Shown one piece after another: positions 51,771-63,941 of a DNA stretch of 64,000 bases. Positions within the stretch are counted from its first letter, which is position 1, and every line of letters starts with the position of its first letter. The position numbers and the translations under genes were made by a program. The notes beneath the pieces are model-generated. The model did no database searches. It was not told the DNA's origin and saw only the letters and a program-made list of their open reading frames with translations. Source of the DNA: Cyanophora paradoxa CCMP329 (lineage: Eukaryota > Plantae > Glaucophyta); the NCBI GenBank assembly GCA_004431415.1, contig QPMI01000641.1, positions 62,001-126,000 of the forward strand. The letters run 5' to 3'.

Positions 51771-52208
51771 TTAACGCCTATATCCGGGACGTAGACCCAA
51801 TTTAGCGAACCCCGAAACCATCGGCGCCGCATTGGAAATCGAGTTAAGTGGGTCAGATTGCGATGTAGCCACCCTCAGGATAGATTTATTAAGCACCGGC
51901 AAATCGGTTTTGTTCGATTCCTGATAATCGATAGTCTTAGCGATTAATTCAGTCGGTGATTCCTTGACAACCTTAATGGGATCAGGTAGCACATCAAAAG
52001 TAACTTCGGGTTTCTTCTCTACCTTCTCTTTGGTTATAGGTTGCTCTTTGATCTTCTTCTCTTTTTGTGTCTCATCAGCGATTCCCTCAATGAGACTTTT
52101 AGCGTGTTGGTATGTGATCGTTTTTAGACCGCCTGTTACCGCTCTAATAAAGTAACGGTTGCGGTGGTCTTTCTCAGAATAGGTTGAGTATAGACGTTCA
52201 CCGCCATC
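51771..52208 (-). pseudogene. 3' half of a transposon-disrupted Lys-rich viral gene
   Basis: Joins in frame with 62674-63006 across the TSD: ...LLKLLDG|GERLYSTYSEK..., giving a 254-aa protein. Confidence 0.88.
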
Positions 52209-52240
52209 TATATCTGCACTTTTGGAGTATTGCAATACCT

Positions 52241-52591
52241 TCGACAGAATCTGCGACAGAATCAGTCGATAAAATTCGACAGAATCGGTCGACCGATTCT
52301 GTCGCAGAATCAGTCGATCGACTGATTCTGTCGATCGACTGATTTTGTCGACCGATTCTGTCGCAGAATCAGTCGATAAAATTCGACTGATTCGGTCGAC
52401 CGATTCTGGCGCAGAATCAGTCGATCGACAGAGTTGGTCGATCGACTGATTTTGTCGACCGATTCTGTCGCAGAGTCAGTCGATAAAATTCGACAGAATC
52501 GGTCGACCGATTCTGTCGCAGAATCAGTCGATCGACTGATTCTGTCGATCGACTGATTTTGTCGACCGATTCTGTCGCTGAGTCTGTCGAT
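52241..52591. repeat. Left subterminal array, 107-bp period, built of TCGA-cored palindromic subunits
   Basis: GATAAAATTCGA recurs at 52268, 52375 and 52482. Confidence 0.9.
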
Positions 52592-53404
52592 CTGTTGTGT
52601 TTTTATTTTATTATACTTTCAACCTAATCTGCCGATCCATATCTTAATTATAATAAGCCAGTTTTATATATATTCTTAATAATTTGTGGCCTGGCCCTAG
52701 GCCTAGGCCTCGCCTGCGCATGCTGCATGCGCCTGCTGTCTACGCGTACGTATACTGGGGTCCTGAATCCTGATCGATATATATATAATATATACTCTCT
52801 CGGGCCCAGGCCAGGCGCCTGCCCGGCTCCAGCAATCCAGCAGGCCCCGGGCGCGCCTTGTGCCCATCTGCCTCTGGTTGCTCTGCAGTCTAGAACTAGA
52901 GACCGGCGGACTGTAAATTTAGCTATAGGCAGCACATCAACACTGAATCATGCAGCGTGGGGCCTAGCACGAGCAGGCTGAAGGGAGAGGTACTAGGGAT
53001 TCACATGTAGTACTAGTAATTAACTAGTAAGGGCGAGTCATAAGCCGGAGGATAACGGGTGAAGCGATGCGGCCCGCACCAGGTCGTTCTGCACCTCGCC
53101 GCGCTCGCTGCGCCATGCATCGCGGTGAGCGAGAGCTCGAATCGAATGGAAAGAGGCAACGCCGGCACGCAGGCGGATATGCATGCGCACCTCGGCGAGG
53201 AGAGGAGAGGGAGAGGAGAGCACGAAAGCGGCTCTCCTAGGGCGCCCGGCAGCCCACGACCGCGACCGCTGATGGCAAGGGCGACGCGCTCGCTGCGCTT
53301 GGAGAGTCAATCGAAAGAAAAGAAGCGTCCGCGCCGGCGAACGACCGCACCTCGGCCCGAGAGGCCGAAAGCATGATCTCCGAGGCGCCCGGCAGCCCGC
53401 GACC

Positions 53405-53436
<32 letters not shown>

Positions 53437-55139
53437 CTCGCTGCGCTCGGATCGAAAGAGAAGAAATATGCGCGACAGCAAACGACCGCACCTGCGCCCG
53501 AGCGGCCGCAAGCATGAACTCCGAGGCCGATCCCAGCAGCCACCGGGCCACACGTCCGGAAAGCGGCACGCGCTGCGCTGCGCACGCCGCCGGCGTTACA
53601 ACAAGATCAAAGGGCGAGCAGTGGAGACAAGAGCGAGCACCTGGCCTGCGGAAGAAGGCGCCGGGCGAACTGGGCGGTGGTGTTCTGCTCGCGGGGACCA
53701 GTCACGCCCGCTCCCTGGCCCGCCAGCGAAATGAGGGATTGAATCAAAGGAGAGGAAACGAAAAGCACCTTGCTTCGCCTCCGCAGCCGCCGCCTACGTT
53801 CCGCGCGTGCCTGTCAGCGGCAGAACGCCCACTGGCGACAGCCGCGGGAGGAATGGACAAAAAAGGCAACAAGGAGGTCGACAGCGATGCGTTCGCGAGC
53901 GTTCGCGGCCGCAACCGGGCGCCAGCCACCCTGAAGCAGCGCTCTGCGTTTGAAATCAGGCGGGCGACAGGCGGCGAGAGGCGCCAGAGGATGCAAGAGA
54001 GGACCTTCGAGCATCGTTCGCGCTGGAAGCCGACGAAGTTCGCCGCGGCGGCAGCAAGTCCGTTCGACCTGGTTTGAAAAGCGGAATCAGAGACGCGGGC
54101 AGCGCTGCGAGACCCCGGAGGAGCCAACGAACCGAGCCGTTGTGAGAGTGAAGCGCGTCCGCGCGGCAGCCTTCAGTCGAGGCTGCAGCTGCTGGCAGCA
54201 AGGCACATGAAGGCGCTTCAAGGCAGCAAGTTTGGGGTACACGACTGTTGGGAAAAGCCTTGTGAGGCCCACAGCGGCAGGGCCGCCGCGGCAGCCGCGC
54301 CGTAGTATAGCTTTCCGAAGCCGCCTGAAGCGATTGCCAACGGCTCGACCTGGCCCTCGGTCCAGAGCGCCTCCCGCTGCGGCACCTTCGCGCGTGCTCG
54401 CAGCACGCAGCGCGAGGCAGCTACAAGCACGTGAGCTTGTAACCATGGGTCCAGCTCCCCCCGTAGCGTCGTCCCTGCGCCGCGCCGATCCACAGCTAGA
54501 TCGACGTCGACCAGCTGCAGGCCCGCAACCCCGCGCTGGGTGACTTCGCCGTGCTGGCCGGGCTCTTAAGCTTTGCGTGGCTTTCAGCTCACTTACATCC
54601 GCAGTATCTCTACCAGACAGCCCCGCGGTCGATTTGGAGGGTTGAGGTGCACACCGGCCGGCGGAGCTCTCTCACATGTTTCGGTTCATAGCGCGTCCTC
54701 TAAGATGCTCACGCAGTGCCTCTGACTCTGGACTGGCCGGGCGCTGCGTGAGCGCGCGGACCGACGCAACCTCCCGATCGGCGGTCGCCTCGGGTGCGCC
54801 TACCAAGCACAGCATTTGGCCAGCGACGCGCGAGCGCGTAGCTGACGAGGCCCAGATCGCCAGGATGGGTGAGCCGCCTCGGATCGTCGCAGTTTGGGAG
54901 ACATTCTTCTACACTGCCTAGGTGAGCCGGCTGGGCCCGTGCGCGTCGCTGACAGGACGCGTACGCGTCGCTGACGGGGCGCGCCGGTAACACAGGATAC
55001 CGGAAGACGCCGCGTGAAGCCCAGGGGCTGGGGTGCGGCGGGTGGCGACGCCGCTCGCGGGGCGGGGCGGATCCGGAGGCGCGGCAGGCGGCCGCGTGAA
55101 TTCCAGGATAGGGCGGAGGCGCTTCCTGCGGCGCTGCAG

Positions 55140-56220
55140 CTCGCGGAGGCGGGCGGGCGGCCGGAGGCGCGGCGCGTGGCGGCGCGGCTCGCCGGGCGGG
55201 GCAGAGGCGCGGCGGGCGGCCGCACGGCTCGCCAGGCGGGCCGGAGGCGCGGCGGGTGGCGTCGGCGGCTCGCCGGGCGGGGCGGAGGCGCGGCAGGCGG
55301 CGGAGGCAGCTTGCCGGGCCGGGCGGAGGCGCGGCGGGCGGCCGCGAGGCTCCGCTGGGCGGGGCGGAGGCGCGGCGGGCGGCGGCGAGGCTCGCCAGGT
55401 GGGCCGGGGGCGCGGCGGGCGGCGGCGCGGCTCGCGGAGCGGGATGGATCCTCGCGGGCGGCGGCGAGGCTCGCCGGGCGGGGCAGACGCTCGGCGGGCG
55501 GCCGCGCGCCTCGCGGGCCGGGGCGGAGGCGCGGCGGGCGGCGGCGCGCCTCGCTGGGCGGGGCGGAGGCGTGGCGGGCGGCGGCGGCGGCTCGCGGGGC
55601 GGGATGGAGGCGCAGCAAGCGGCGTCGGCGGCTCGCCGGGCGGGGCGGAGGCGCGGCAGGCGGCGGAGGCAGCTTGCCGGGCCGGGCGGAGGCGCGGCGG
55701 GCGGCCGCGAGGCTCCGCTGGGCGGGGCGGAGGCGCGGCGGGCGGCGGAGGCGGCTCGCGGGGCGGGACGGAGGCGCGGCGGGCGGCGGCGGCGGCTCGC
55801 GGACCGGGGCAGACGCTCGGCGGGCGGCCGCGCGGCTCGCCAGGCGGGCCGGGGGCGCGGCGGGCGGCGGCGCGGCTCGCCGGGCGGGCAGGGGGCGCGG
55901 CGGGCGGCGGCGCGGCTCGCCGGGCCGGGCGGAGGCGCAGCGGGCGGCCGCGAGGCTCCGCTGGGCGGGGCGGAGGCGCGGCGGGCGGCGTCGGCGGCTC
56001 GCCGGGCGGGGCCGAGGCGCGGCAGGCGGCGGAGGCAGCTCGCCGGGCCGGGCGGAGGCGGGGCGGGCGGCGCGCGGCTCGCTGGGCGGCCGGAGGCGCG
56101 GCGCGCTGCGGCGCGACTCGCCGGGCGGGGCAGAGGGGCGGCGGGCGGCGGTGCGCAGGCGCGGCGGCCGGCTGCGCGGCTCGCGGGGCAGGGCGGAGGA
56201 GTGGCGCGGCGGAGGCTCGT
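55140..56220. repeat. GC-rich ~40-bp minisatellite (GGCGGAGGCGCGGCGGGCGGCGGCGCGGCTCGCCGGGCG-like); mirrored at ~58235-59710
   Basis: Dozens of degenerate units are visible. The array is longer in the right arm. Confidence 0.85.
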
Positions 56221-56278
56221 GGGGAAGCCTGCAGATGCTCGCTCTGTACCGTAGTACTCTTGCGTAGATCATCGGATA

Positions 56279-58226
56279 TGCACCCCGCCCATTTCGAGGG
56301 TGGGAAATCCGAATCTGAAGTTCTCGTCAGCTCGTCCGTTCTCATATGCTCAGCGCGGCGACTTCGCACTTCTTTGCACATGATCATGATCATGAGTCTC
56401 TAGCTGCCATTAAAAGAATACTGGGTTCCTGGCACATGTAAGCACCCGGAGATGATATCAGCGCCCCACTGTGTATCTGTAGAGTATTTGACGAGAAGCT
56501 CAGGGCTCCCGGGCATTGCGGCGGGGAAGAACGACTCCCTTATAGGGTTTCTCCCGAGATCAATTTTGAGAGCCGATTCCCAGTCCGCCCGTGCCTTTCC
56601 AGCTCAGATGCCAACGGATACGAGTCATTTGATAGCGTGTTAGATAGGGCCTCAACGTGATTACCGGCTGCCGGGCTTCTATTCGCATTTCCTGGCGCGC
56701 GGGAAGGCCTCAAAATGCCCGCCAAAAATAATGGCGACTTGCCCTGCAAAATAATGCACGGCACGCTACGAGCTAGCTTGCGGCCTGCGCCGACCTCAAA
56801 ATCAAATCCAGCACTGTCAAGAACCCCCGAAAGCGTCTCATCGTCCGGATGTAACTTGTCAGATAAGATGCTATCCTTGGTGATTTCTGTCCTTGAGGCC
56901 TCTTTGGGGCAAGTTGACAGTCTCGGAGAGCTCGCTTGACCTGACGCCGCTCCGTCATCTTGGTCCGCGACTGACTCCACATTTGCACCCCGCCCATTTC
57001 GAGGGTGGGGAATCCGAATCTGAAGTTCTCGTCAGCTCGTCCGTTCTCATATGCTCAGCGCGGCGACTTCGCACTTCTTTGCACATGATCATGATCATGA
57101 GTCTCTAGCTGCCATTAAAAGAATACTGGGTTCCTGGCACATGTAAGCACCCGGAGATGATATCAGCGCCCCACTGTGTATCTGTAGAGTATTTGACGAG
57201 AAGCTCAGGGCTCCCGGGCATTGCGGCGGGGAAGAACGACTCCCTTATAGGGTTTCTCCCGAGATCAATTTTGAGAGCCGATTCCCAGTCCGCCCGTGCC
57301 TTTCCAGCTCAGATGCCAACGGATACGAGTCATTTGATAGCGTGTTAGATAGGGCCTCAACGTGATTACCGGCTGCCGGGCTTCTATTCGCATTTCCTGG
57401 CGCGCGGGAAGGCCTCAAAATGCCCGCCAAAAATAATGGCGACTTGCCCTGCAAAATAATGCACGGCACGCTACGAGCTAGCTTGCGGCCTGCGCCGACC
57501 TCAAAATCAAATCCAGCACTGTCAAGAACCCCCGAAAGCGTCTCATCGTCCGGATGTAACTTGTCAGATAAGATGCTATCCTTGGTGATTTCTGTCCTTG
57601 AGGCCTCTTTGGGGCAAGTTGACAGTCTCGGAGAGCTCGCTTGACCTGACGCCGCTCCGTCATCTTGGTCCGCGACTGACTCCACATTTGCACCCCGCCC
57701 ATTTCGAGGGTGGGGAATCCGAATCTGAAGTTCTCGTCAGCTCGTCCGTTCTCATATGCTCAGCGCGGCGACTTCGCACTTCTTTGCACATGATCATGAT
57801 CATGAGTCTCTAGCTGCCATTAAAAGAATACTGGGTTCCTGGCACATGTAAGCACCCGGAGATGATATCAGCGCCCCACTGTGTATCTGTAGAGTATTTG
57901 ACGAGAAGCTCAGGGCTCCCGGGCATTGCGGCGGGGAAGAACGACTCCCTTATAGGGTTTCTCCCGAGATCAATTTTGAGAGCCGATTCCCAGTCCGCCC
58001 GTGCCTTTCCAGCTCAGATGCCAACGGATACGAGTCATTTGATAGCGTGTTAGATAGGGCCTCAACGTGATTACCGGCTGCCGGGCTTCTATTCGCATTT
58101 CCTGGCGCGCGGGAAGGCCTCAAAATGCCCGCCAAAAATAATGGCGACTTGCCCTGCAAAATAATGCACGGCACGCTACGAGCTAGCTTGCGGCCTGCGC
58201 CGACCTCAAAATCAAATCCAGCACTG
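56279..58226. repeat. 705-bp tandem repeat, ~2.8 copies, forming the loop of the foldback
   Basis: Identical ORFs at 56452, 57157 and 57862 (period 705). Confidence 0.95.
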
Positions 58227-61200
58227 AGAGCCTAGTGCCCGCCCGCCGCACCTCTGCCCCGCCCGGAGAGCCGCGCCTCCGCCCCGCCCGGCGAGCCGCC
58301 GACGCCGCTTGCTGCGCCCCCGGCCCGCCTTGCGAGCCGTGCGGCCGCCCGCCGCGCCTCTGCCCCGCCCGGCGAACCGCGCCGCCGCCCGCCGCGCCCC
58401 GGCCCGCCTGGCGAGCCGCGCGGCCGCCCGCCGAGCGTCTGCCCCGGTCTGCGAGCCGCCGCCGCCGCCCGGCCGCGCCTCCGTCCCACCCCACGAGCCG
58501 CGCCATAGCCCGCCGCGCCTTCGCCCCGCCCGGCGAGCTGCCTCCGCCGCCCGCCGCGCCTCCGCCCGCACGGCGGAGCCCCGCCGCCGCCCGCCGCGCC
58601 ACATTCTCGCCCGGCGAGCCGCGCCGCCGCCCGCCGCGCCCCCGGCCCGCCTGGCGAGCCGCACGGCCGCCCGCCGCGCCTCCGTCCCGCCCCGCGAGCC
58701 GCCGCCGCCGCCCGCCGCGCCTCCGCCCCGCCCAGCCGAGCCTTGCGGCCGCCCGCCGCGCCTCCGCCCCGCCCAGCGGAGCCTCGCGGCCGCCCGCCGC
58801 GCCTCCGCCTGGCCCGGCGAGCTGCCTCCGCCTCCTGCCGCGCCTCCGTCACGCCTCGCGAGCCGCGCCGCCGCCCGCCGCGCCCACGGCCCACCTGGCG
58901 AGCCTCGCCGCCGCCCGCCGCGCCACAGTCTCGCCCGGAGAGCCGCGCCGCCGCCCGCCGCGCCCCCGGCCCGCCCGGCGAGCCGCGCCGCCGCCCGCCG
59001 CGCCCCCGGCCCGCCTGGCGAGCCGCGCGGCCGCCCGCCGAGCGTCTGCCCCGGTCCGCGAGCCGCCGCCGCCGCCCGCCGCGCCTCCGTCCCGCCCCGC
59101 GAGCCGCCTCCGCCGCCCGCCGCGCCTCCGCCCCGCCCAGCGGAGCCTCGCGGCCGCCCGCTGCGCCTCCGCCCGGCCCGGCGAGCTGCCTCCGCCGCCT
59201 GCCGCGCCTCCGCCCCGCCCGGCGAGCCGCCGACGCCGCTTGCTGCGCCTCCATCCCGCCCCGCGAGCCGCCGCCGCCGCCCGCCGCGCCTCCGCCCCGC
59301 CCAGCGAGGCGCGCCGCCGCCCGCCGCGCCTCCGCCCCGGCCCGCGAGGCGCGCGGCCGCCCGCCGAGCGTCTGCCCCGCCACTCGCCGCCGCCCGCGAG
59401 GATCCATCCCGCTCCGCGAGCCGCGCCGCCGCCCGCCGCGCCCCGGCCCACCTGGCGAGCCTCGCCGCCGCCCGCCGCGCCTCCGCCCCGCCCAGCGGAG
59501 CCTCGCGGCCGCCCGCCGCGCCTCCGCCCGGCCCGGCAAGCTGCCTCCGCCGCCTGCCGCGCCTCCGCCCCGCCCGGCGAGCCGCCGACGCCACCCGCCG
59601 CGCCCCCGGCCCGCCTGGCGAGCCGTGCGGCCGCCCACCGCGCCTCTGCCCCGCCCGGCGAGCCGCGCCGCCACGTGCCGCGCCTCCGGCCGCCCGCCCG
59701 CCTCCGCGAGCTGCAGCGCCGCAGGAAGCGCCTCCGCCCTATCCTGGAATTCACGCGGCCGCCTGCCGCGCCTCCGGATCCGCCCCGCCCCGCGAGCGGC
59801 GTCGCCAACCACCGCACCCCAGCCCATGGGCTTCACGCGGCGTCTTCCGGTATCCTGTGTTACCGGCGCGCCCCGTCAGCGACGCGTACGCGTCCCGTCA
59901 GCGACGCGAACGGGCCCAGCCGGCTCACCTAGGCAGTGTAGAAGAATGTCTCCCAAACAGCGACGATCCGAGGCGGCTCACCCATCCTGGCGATCTGGGC
60001 CTCGTCAGCTACGCGCTCGCGCGTCGCTGGCCAAATGCTGTGCTTGGCAGGCGCACCCGAGGCGACCGCCGATCGGGAGGTTGCGTCGGTCCGCGCGCTC
60101 ACGCAGCGCCCGGCCAGTCCAGAGTCAGAGGCACTGCGTGAGCATCTTAGAGGGACGCGCTATGAACCGAAACATGTGAGAGAGCTCCGCCGGCCGGCGT
60201 GCACCTCAACCCTCCAAATCGACCGCGGGGCTGTCTGGTAGAGATACTGCGGATGTAAGTGAGCTGAAAGCCACGCAAAGAACCCGGCCAGCACGGCGAA
60301 GTCACCCAGCGCGGGGTTGCGGGCCCGGTCGATCTAGCTGTGGATCGGCGCGGCGCAGGGACGACGCTACGGGGGGAGCTGGACCCATGGTTACAAGCTC
60401 ACGTGCTTGTAGCTGCCTCGCGCTGCGTGCTGCGAGCACGCGCGAAGGTGCCGCAGCGGGAGGCGCTCCGGACCGAGGGCCAGGTCGAGCCGTTGGCAAT
60501 CGCTTCAGGCGGCCTTGAAAAGCTGTACTGCGGCACGGGCCGCCGCGGCGGCCCTGCCGCTGTGGGCCTCATAAGGCTTTTCCCAACAGTCGTGTACCCC
60601 AAACTTGCTGCCTTGAAGCGCCTTCATGTGCCTTGCTGCCAGCAGCTGCAGCCTCGACTGTAGGCTGCCGCGCGAACGCGCTTCACTCTCACAGCGGCTC
60701 GGTTCGTTGGCTCCTCCGGGGTCTCGCAGCGCTGCCCGCGTCTCTGATTCCGCTTTTCAAACCAGGTCGAACGGACTTGCTGCCGCCGCAGCGAACTTCG
60801 TCGGCTTCCAGCGCGAACGATGCTCGAAGGTCCTCTCTTGCATCCTCTGGCGCCTCTCGCCGCCTGTCGCCCGCCTGATTTCAAACGCAGAGCGCTGCTT
60901 CAGGGTGGCTGGCGCCCGGTTGCGGCCGCGAACGCTCGCGAACGCATCGCTGTCGACCTCCTTGTTGCCTTTTTTGTCCATTCCTCCCGCGGCTGTCGCC
61001 AGTGGGCGTTCTGCCGCTGACAGGCACGCGCGGAACGTAGGCGGCGGCTGCGGAGGCGAAGCAAGGTGCTTTTCGTTTCCTCTCCTTTGATTCAATCCCT
61101 CATTTTGCTGGCGGGCCAGGGAGCGGGCGTGACTGGTCCCCGCGAGCAGAACACCACCGCCCAGTTCGCCCGGCGCCTTCTTCCGCAGGCCAGGTGCTCG

Positions 61201-62299
61201 CTCTTGTCTCCACTGCTCGCCCTTTGATCTTGTTGTAACGCCGGCGGCGTGCGCAGCGCAGCGCGTGCCGCTTTCCGGACGTGTGGCCCGTGGCTGCTGG
61301 GATCGGCCTCGGAGTTCATGCTTGCGGCCGCTCGGGCGCAGGTGCGGTCGTTTGCTGTCGCGCATATTTCTTCTCTTTCGATCCGAGCGCAGCGAGCTCT
61401 TCGCCCTCGCCCTCGCCCTCGCGGTCGCGGTCGCGGGCTGCCGGGCGCCTCGGAGATCATGCTTTCGGCCGCTCGGGCCGAGGTGCGGTCGTTCGCCGGC
61501 GCGGACGCTTCTTTTCTTTCGATTGACTCTCCAAGCGCAGCGAGCGCGTCGCTCTCGCCATCAGCGGACGCGGAGCGATCGCAAGCTGATCTTCTGCCTC
61601 CTCTCCTCGCCGAGGTGCATAGCCGCCTGCGTGCCGGCCTTTTCCTCTTTCCATTCGATTTAAGCTCTCGCTCACCGCGATGCGCATGGCGCAGCGAGGG
61701 CGGCGAGGTGCAGAACGACCTGGTGCGGGCCGCATCGCTTCACCCGTTATCCTCCAGCTTCTGACTCGCCCTTTGTTGCCTAGCAACTAGGGACGAACGA
61801 CTAATTGAAGCCGCGCGCGAGCGGACGGCGTCGGGCTGGAGTGCGTGCGGCTGCATCCGGGGCCAGGGTAGGGTTTATATTTGCAGGACTAGGCAGGGCT
61901 AGGCCAGAGTAGGGATCATATTTGCGATGTGACAGCATGTATGCATAGGTGTGTGCATGCAGATCATGAATTAGGCGGCCCGCACGATATGTGAAAATAG
62001 GTGGCCTGCAGATCAACTAATTTATATAGATGCAAAAAGCCAATGCCAGATGTACATGTGTTCTGGCCCGCCTATAGCTAGTCATGGGCCGTCAGGGCCT
62101 ATATATAGCTATATAGGCTATAGTGTAGCTGACCTATGCCTGTGCATGCGACCTGCAGCTGGATCCCCCGGAGATCCTCCACTAGTACTGGCTCAATATT
62201 TATACAAGATAATATACAAATCAATAATCTTAATATGAAGAATATTAATCAATTTATCGACAAACCTGGCGATATATCAATATATATTAATATATCAAG

Positions 62300-62643
62300 T
62301 ATCGACAGATTTTGTCGACCGATTCTGTCGCAGAGTCTGTCGATAAAATTCGACAGAATCGGTCGACCGATTCTGGCGCAGAATCAGTCGATCGACAGAG
62401 TTGGTCGATCGACTGATTTTGTCGACCGATTCTGTCGCAGAGTCAGTCGATAAAATTCGACTGATTCGGTCGACCGATTCTGGCGCAGAATCAGTCGATC
62501 GACAGAGTTGGTCGATCGACTGATTTTGTCGACCGATTCTGTCGCAGAGTCAGTCGATAAAATTCGACTGATTCGGTCGACCGATTCTGGCGCAGAATCA
62601 GTCGATCGACTGATTCTGTCGATCGACTGATTCTGTCGACCAA
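62300..62643. repeat. Right subterminal array, 107-bp period
   Basis: GATAAAATTCGA at 62342, 62449 and 62556. Confidence 0.9.
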
Positions 62644-62673
62644 GTATTGCAATACTCCAAAAGTGCAGATATA

Positions 62674-63006
62674 GCCATCAAGGAGTTTAAGAAGGGTCGA
62701 CGATGTTGCTACCTTCTCAGTGGTCGATGATTTGAACTGACCCTTTTTAATTCCGCGCTTTGCACCGGGCATACGATTAAGCGGGACTTGATTAACAAGG
62801 GCGTTATCATCATGCACATCTTTTGTTGATGCTTGTGTATATTGGTTTCTGTCTTTGTGAACGTCACGATCAATGTCACCATTACCATACGCTGCAACAC
62901 CCTTGGATTTCTTGTACCAATTCCTTCCTTTCATTTCACCATCGCCAACGTCCGCTTCCACCGCTGGTTTGGCTAAGAAATTCTTAGGTTGAGTCTTGCG
63001 AGGCAT
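62674..63006 (-). pseudogene. 5' half of the disrupted Lys-rich viral gene (MPRKTQPKNFLAK...)
   Basis: ATG at 63006. The frame is continuous with 51771-52202 once the insertion is removed. Confidence 0.88.
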
Positions 63007-63038
63007 TTGAAATAACACAACAAAAATAATTTACAAAA

Positions 63039-63941
63039 TTACATATTACGGGAGAACGGCAAGTAAACGCCTTCTAACTCTTTTATGACGTTTTTCAATG
63101 CCTTCTTTGTCAGATCCTTGTCATCTTGTGTTATCAGTTCAAGAGTCATCGACCAATCAGTGGTAATATCGGTTTCTACACCATTCCAATACGTGAGACG
63201 CACTTTCAGTGTTTCAACTTCTACTTCCCCATTCTGCTCATGCAAGATCATAGAGTTATTCGATGAATCATATTTCAGAAGACTACCTACCGTTTGGTCG
63301 ATCTCAATTTTAGCAAGCGCTTTATCGTCGCTGGTGTTCTTGCTTACGTAATTGCCTTTGAAGGGGTCAACATGTAGAAGGATGTAAGAATTGAACAGAA
63401 GATCAAGTGGTATTACGCTATCGACGTAATGGTTGTAAGTGATTGAACCAATCTCAACTGGCGCATCAAGTGGAGCGGAAGCATAACCATTTTCCGAACT
63501 TGCAGGTGTAAGATCAGGGAAACCAAGGAAGTTCGCTAAGATCCTACTACCAAATCGTAGGTTAAATACTGCATCCGACATGAACCTTAGAGATATGGTA
63601 ACAGGATCGTATGTCACATGGAAATGGCGAGTGTAGGTAGTTCCAACTGCACCATATGACTGTGAGGCGAGTTTTGCATTTAGTAGATTCACCAAACTAT
63701 CTGTTGTGTATGTACCTTTCGTAATAATATTACTTCTGGTCTTAATCACATTTGCAGCATCGTAAGTAGATGTAATGAGCGTTCCATTTTCGCTGAGATT
63801 GTAGATGTTGTTGAACATTTCGAAATTGGTAACGCGACACGCTTTAACCTTCTGGATTGCATGGGGAAGTTTGTAAGTAAAGTTTGTTGGGGTTCCATCA
63901 TCTCGGTCTCTGGAATCAATATTAAGATAATGACGCGTCAT
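63039..63941 (-). CDS. Putative minor capsid (penton, single jelly-roll) protein
   Basis: N-terminal YLNIDSRDRD.G.P.NF.YKLP and C-terminal LAKI...LKVRLTYWNG...DWSMTLEL, typical of PLV/NCLDV penton-like proteins. Confidence 0.75.
   Translation of the reverse strand: MTRHYLNIDSRDRDDGTPTNFTYKLPHAIQKVKACRVTNFEMFNNIYNLSENGTLITSTYDAANVIKTRSNIITKGTYTTDSLVNLLNAKLASQSYGAVGTTYTRHFHVTYDPVTISLRFMSDAVFNLRFGSRILANFLGFPDLTPASSENGYASAPLDAPVEIGSITYNHYVDSVIPLDLLFNSYILLHVDPFKGNYVSKNTSDDKALAKIEIDQTVGSLLKYDSSNNSMILHEQNGEVEVETLKVRLTYWNGVETDITTDWSMTLELITQDDKDLTKKALKNVIKELEGVYLPFSRNM

Larger units (their letters stand above)
53029..61773. repeat. Large internal inverted repeat: left arm ~53029-56200, right arm ~58235-61773
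   Basis: Mirror-image ORFs (53373-54077+ vs 60757-61365-; 54709-54993- vs the end of 58309-60141+), with scattered SNPs and indels. Confidence 0.92.
52209..62673. mobile_element. 10,465-bp non-autonomous foldback DNA transposon (IS3EU-like termini) inserted in the provirus
   Basis: Perfect 30-bp TIR TATATCTGCACTTTTGGAGTATTGCAATAC. TSD GCCATC at 52203-52208 and 62674-62679. No transposase recognised. Confidence 0.9.

Noticed and set aside
52241-52591. Possible CRISPR-like array (also at 62300-62643)
   Set aside because: There are no unique spacers and no cas genes. These are contiguous subterminal tandem repeats of a eukaryotic TE.
54800-60179. Many 300-600 aa Arg/Pro/Ala/Gly ORFs on both strands
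   Set aside because: They are stop-free by-products of a GC-rich minisatellite, open in nearly all frames.
53029-61773. Inverted arms as a chimeric fold-back read artefact
   Set aside because: The arms differ by substitutions and multi-base indels, and they sit inside a clean TIR/TSD element that restores a gene in frame.
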